Of a stretch of 64,000 nt of DNA, positions 60,901-64,000 are shown one piece after another. Origin of the DNA: Ranitomeya imitator (taxonomy: Eukaryota); contig NC_091284.1 of NCBI RefSeq assembly GCF_032444005.1, forward strand, positions 552,606,001 to 552,670,000. The letters run 5' to 3'. The position numbers and the translations under genes were made by a program. The notes under the pieces were generated by a model, which saw only the letters and a program-made list of their open reading frames with translations, did no database searches and was not told where the DNA came from. The first letter of the stretch is position 1; each line of letters starts with the position of its first letter.

Positions 60901-61330
60901 AAGCGCTGCGGAATATGTTAGCGCTATATAAAGATTATTATTAGGTGGGGGAAATATGCACACATTGGGCAATGTTCAATAAACCAGTACAACAGCAAGG
61001 GCTATCTGTGCCTGCAACAATGCCAAGGAGAGAGAAATTGTAGAAGATGTTCAAGGGGTACTTAAGTGACCATATGTGCATCCTTTCTGATGCTTCAGTT
61101 CCCTTTAAATATTGGGTGTGCAAACAGAACACTTGGCCCGACCTCTTCTTATACGCCTTGGAGGTGTTGACCTGCTCTGCTGCTAGTGTGATGGCAGAGC
61201 ATGTTTTCAATTCCGCTGCGTCAATTATCACTGATTGGTGCACACATCTCTCCACGACAGACTTACTCTGATTAAATTCAACAAGGACTGGATATATCCA
61301 CGGTTTGCAATCCCTCCAGATGACAGCAAG
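57919..61330 (+). pseudogene. hAT transposase pseudogene (BED finger, catalytic and dimerization domains)
   Basis: AVWNFF...CSIF...STTGMRNHM (BED), HLTRDTWTS, LNLVVQKFL, CDLPTRWN, PFKYW...WPDL...ALEVLTCSAASVMAEHVFNSA. Confidence 0.9.
60844..60941 (+). mobile_element. ~100-bp 3' tail of an L2/CR1-type LINE inside the hAT transposase
   Basis: TAGATTGTGAGCCC...TGTAAAGCGCTGCGGAATATGTTAGCGCTATATAAA followed by an (ATT)n tail. Confidence 0.7.
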
Positions 61331-61409
61331 CCAACCTAAATTCACCAAAAATGCTGATTCATGCTACTGCTGTTAACATCAGCCCCTTCCCTTAGAAACC
61401 CGTTTCATT

Positions 61410-62085
61410 CCTTCATCAACCATGACTCCGTTCATAGAGCTAATATTTACAAACCCTATCCATATTGTGCAGTGTACAAACCAGAACAGTATTCCTACTC
61501 CAGCCTAACTACTATTTGTGATTGGAGGCCCTTGGGATGGAGGCTTGCTGCGTCAACCATGACTCAGCCCATAGAGCTAATTTCTGCAAACCCTATGCAC
61601 ATTGTGCAGTGGACAAACCAGGACAATATTCCTACTCCAACCTAACTACTATTTGTGTTTGGAGGCCCTTGGTATAGTGGCTTCCTGCGTCAACCATGAC
61701 TCAGCCCGTAGAGCTAATTTTTACAAATCTTATGCACATTGTGCAGTGGACAAACCAGGACAATATTCCTTCTCCAACCTAACTACTATTTGTATTTGGA
61801 GGCCCTTGGTATAGTGGCTTCCTGCGTCAACCATGACTCAGCCCATACAGCTAATTTTTACAAATCCTATGCACATTGTGCAGTTAACAAACAAACGAGG
61901 ACAATATTCCTACTCCAGCCTAATTACTATTTGTGATTGGAGGCCCTTGGGATTGTGGCTTCCTGCGTCAACCTTCACTCAGCCCATAGGGATCATTTTT
62001 ACAAACTTTATGCACATTGTGCAGTGGACAAATATTGAATGTAGAGTGGTCCTACCTATGATTTGTCATTGGAGGCCCTTGTGAC
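61410..62085. repeat. ~137-bp tandem repeat, ~5 copies, in the hAT 3' region
   Basis: CAACCATGACTCAGCCC recurs with a 137-bp period (TGACTCA at 61560, 61697, 61834). Confidence 0.92.
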
Positions 62086-63412
62086 AAATGGCATAATACT
62101 ATGACAAACTTATTCCCAGAAACCATATGTGAGTCAGAAATGCATGCAGGCATATTGTCCAGGCTCTCCCCATTCTGTTTCATCACTTTCCCATCCATTT
62201 CAGCCTTTTCCTTAGGCCCTTAGACCCCTTTGTAGGGTCTAGCAGAAAATTACTCGCATTTCCCATTGACTTGCATTGTTCTCACTATTCAGATCAAATA
62301 CGCGATTTTTACAAAGTACTTGTTCCGAGTATAGCGATTACGAAAATTACGGTACTCACTCATCACTAGTCTCCACATCTCTTCCTGTGCAGCTCAGCTG
62401 TCACTGACAGCAGTTGGCATGGAACTCTCACTGTATGTTAACATGCAGTGACAGTTTAAAGTCATGACGGACATACCATGTCATGATACAGAAACTTGCA
62501 GCCATTCATGAACTGTTATGTCTGTCATTCGTGATAAAGTGTTTATAGTAGAAAAAGGCTGTTAGGTATATCAAGAAAGTTTGTAAAGTTTATATAACCA
62601 CTGTTTTTGGATTTTTAATATGATATTAATCATGGATTTCCAAACAAAATAAAACTGTATCTGTATTCTTATGGTAGAGATTGAAATCTTAATAAATGTA
62701 CATAAATATGATTATTCTTCAAAAGATCAAAATTCCTTATACAAGCATTAATAATATATTTAAGCTGGAAAATATATGAAGCATGCCAATATTTTGTGGA
62801 GATAGACAATGATAAAATGCATTGTCGATTGTCTTATTAATTATTAAATAATGGCATTGAACACTTCTACTGTTTTAGAAATAAATATTCATCAAGACAA
62901 AATTTGGAAGAAGTAAATGGATCTATGCCAATCAAGATTGCTTGTCTTGCAGCTGCTTTTCCTAGCCAAATAAAATTGCAATTTTGATTTTGAATCTAGG
63001 AGTTCAAATCAGAGTTTTTTTATTACATAAACTAGTAAATATTTTATTTATTGGTTGCTTCAAATTCCACATCTAATGCTTCTAGTCCTTCTAATAATTA
63101 CCGTATTTTCCTTATGGAAATTTATGTTTGCAGTTTACTGAATTATGAATGCTGGGCATGGGATTGGTTTTTTTTCTGGTTATCAAACAACTTTGACAAA
63201 ACTCTAAAGTGAGTGGATTTACATTAGGTTTTCAAAACATATTTTTTAGATTCAATCATCTTATCACAATTGGCACTGTAGCTAAAATAAATATTTTCAC
63301 TGAATTAAAGTGACATAAAATGGTTCAATGAGGCAGCAGTTCTGCTATAACAATAAATAATATCTACTCACCTTCTGTTTCAGTGCTCTGTCCCTGCTGT
63401 TCCTCACCATAA

Positions 63413-63755
63413 GGGTATGTTTCCACGTTCAGGAAATGCTGTGTGTTTGATGCTGCATAGAGACGCAGCATCAAACACGCAGCGTCCAGATGTTACAGCA
63501 TAGTGGAGGGGATTTAATGCGATTCCGGACATGCAGCGCGTCTTTTTAGATGGCAGCATGTCTGCTTACCTTGCGGCAACGCTGCTCCACCACAAGGTAT
63601 AACACAGAGCCCTATGTGTGGGGTGCGATGATACCGGATGTGTGCAATGAACACATCCAGCTTGATCGCGTCCCCATAAGGGGGCGGAGCTTTGGGGGGA
63701 GCAATTTTGCCGCTCCATCCAAACCGCCGGCCATCCTGAACGTGGACACGTATCC
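63413..63755. mobile_element. 343-bp PIF/Harbinger (Tourist-like) MITE
   Basis: TIR GGGTATGTTTCCACGTTCAGGA vs GGATACGTGTCCACGTTCAGGA; flanked by TAA / TTA. Confidence 0.75.
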
Positions 63756-64000
63756 TTATACTGTTTCCGGTTGCTAATGCTTGAATACTACATGTGATGT
63801 CTGCAGCCAATTACTGGCGTTAGCAGTATACAATCAAAATTGCTGGGTGAACACAAATCAGATGTAATATGTCACAGGAAAGTGAAACGTGACAATTTTT
63901 TTTTAATTGTGGCCTTACATGATTCAGTTTGGAGATTAAAGCCAAGTCGTAGAGTTTAACCTACAGAACCTACAGAACAGGGTATCAATCCCCACCAATA

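Larger units (their letters stand above)
57340..62368 (+). mobile_element. hAT DNA transposon, 5'-truncated
   Basis: Right terminus CTCACTCATCACTA (reverse complement TAGTGATGAG...); transposase remnants flanked by tandem arrays on both sides. Confidence 0.8.

Noticed and set aside
61410-62085. Regularly spaced repeats here and at 1026-1595 and 57380-57870 considered as CRISPR arrays
   Set aside because: Whole units repeat with no unique spacers, no cas genes are present, and the context is eukaryotic.
62370-64000. Possible host exons in the AT-rich unique-looking sequence (also 5710-6700)
   Set aside because: No convincing ORF or paired splice signals; small exons cannot be excluded without transcript data.

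Overview
Eukaryotic, almost wholly transposon-derived DNA. The repeat families (TAGWGATGAGC-type hATs, TTAA-CCC piggyBac-like and TTAA-AGG T2/Kolobok MITEs, Penelope-like elements, sushi-type chromoviruses) suggest a frog genome (inference). I found no host gene, tRNA, rRNA or CRISPR array. The core is a deeply nested stack. One minus-strand RTE-type LINE survives as about 1 kb in three pieces over about 39 kb (7141-46205), split by a ~9.8 kb hAT and by a hAT-type MITE that landed in the RT YADD motif. Inside that MITE is a decayed Gypsy element, which took two related chromodomain Gypsy insertions 187 bp apart: one minus-strand copy (19216-25249) and a head-to-tail triple array of 4 LTRs and 3 internal regions (25437-41111) with a single target-site duplication (TSD). 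All three array units share the same inactivating lesions, pointing to DNA-level amplification of a dead element. Both chromovirus subfamilies lack a tRNA-type PBS but show a co-varying 9-nt complementarity between the PBS position and the predicted transcript start, as expected for Tf1/sushi-type self-priming. Penelope-like fragments include hammerhead-like motifs, one as a palindromic double copy. The right third holds Tc1, piggyBac-like, Helitron-like and hAT elements, minisatellites and a 160-N gap. All calls are by eye from motifs and termini; boundaries without a TSD are approximate.
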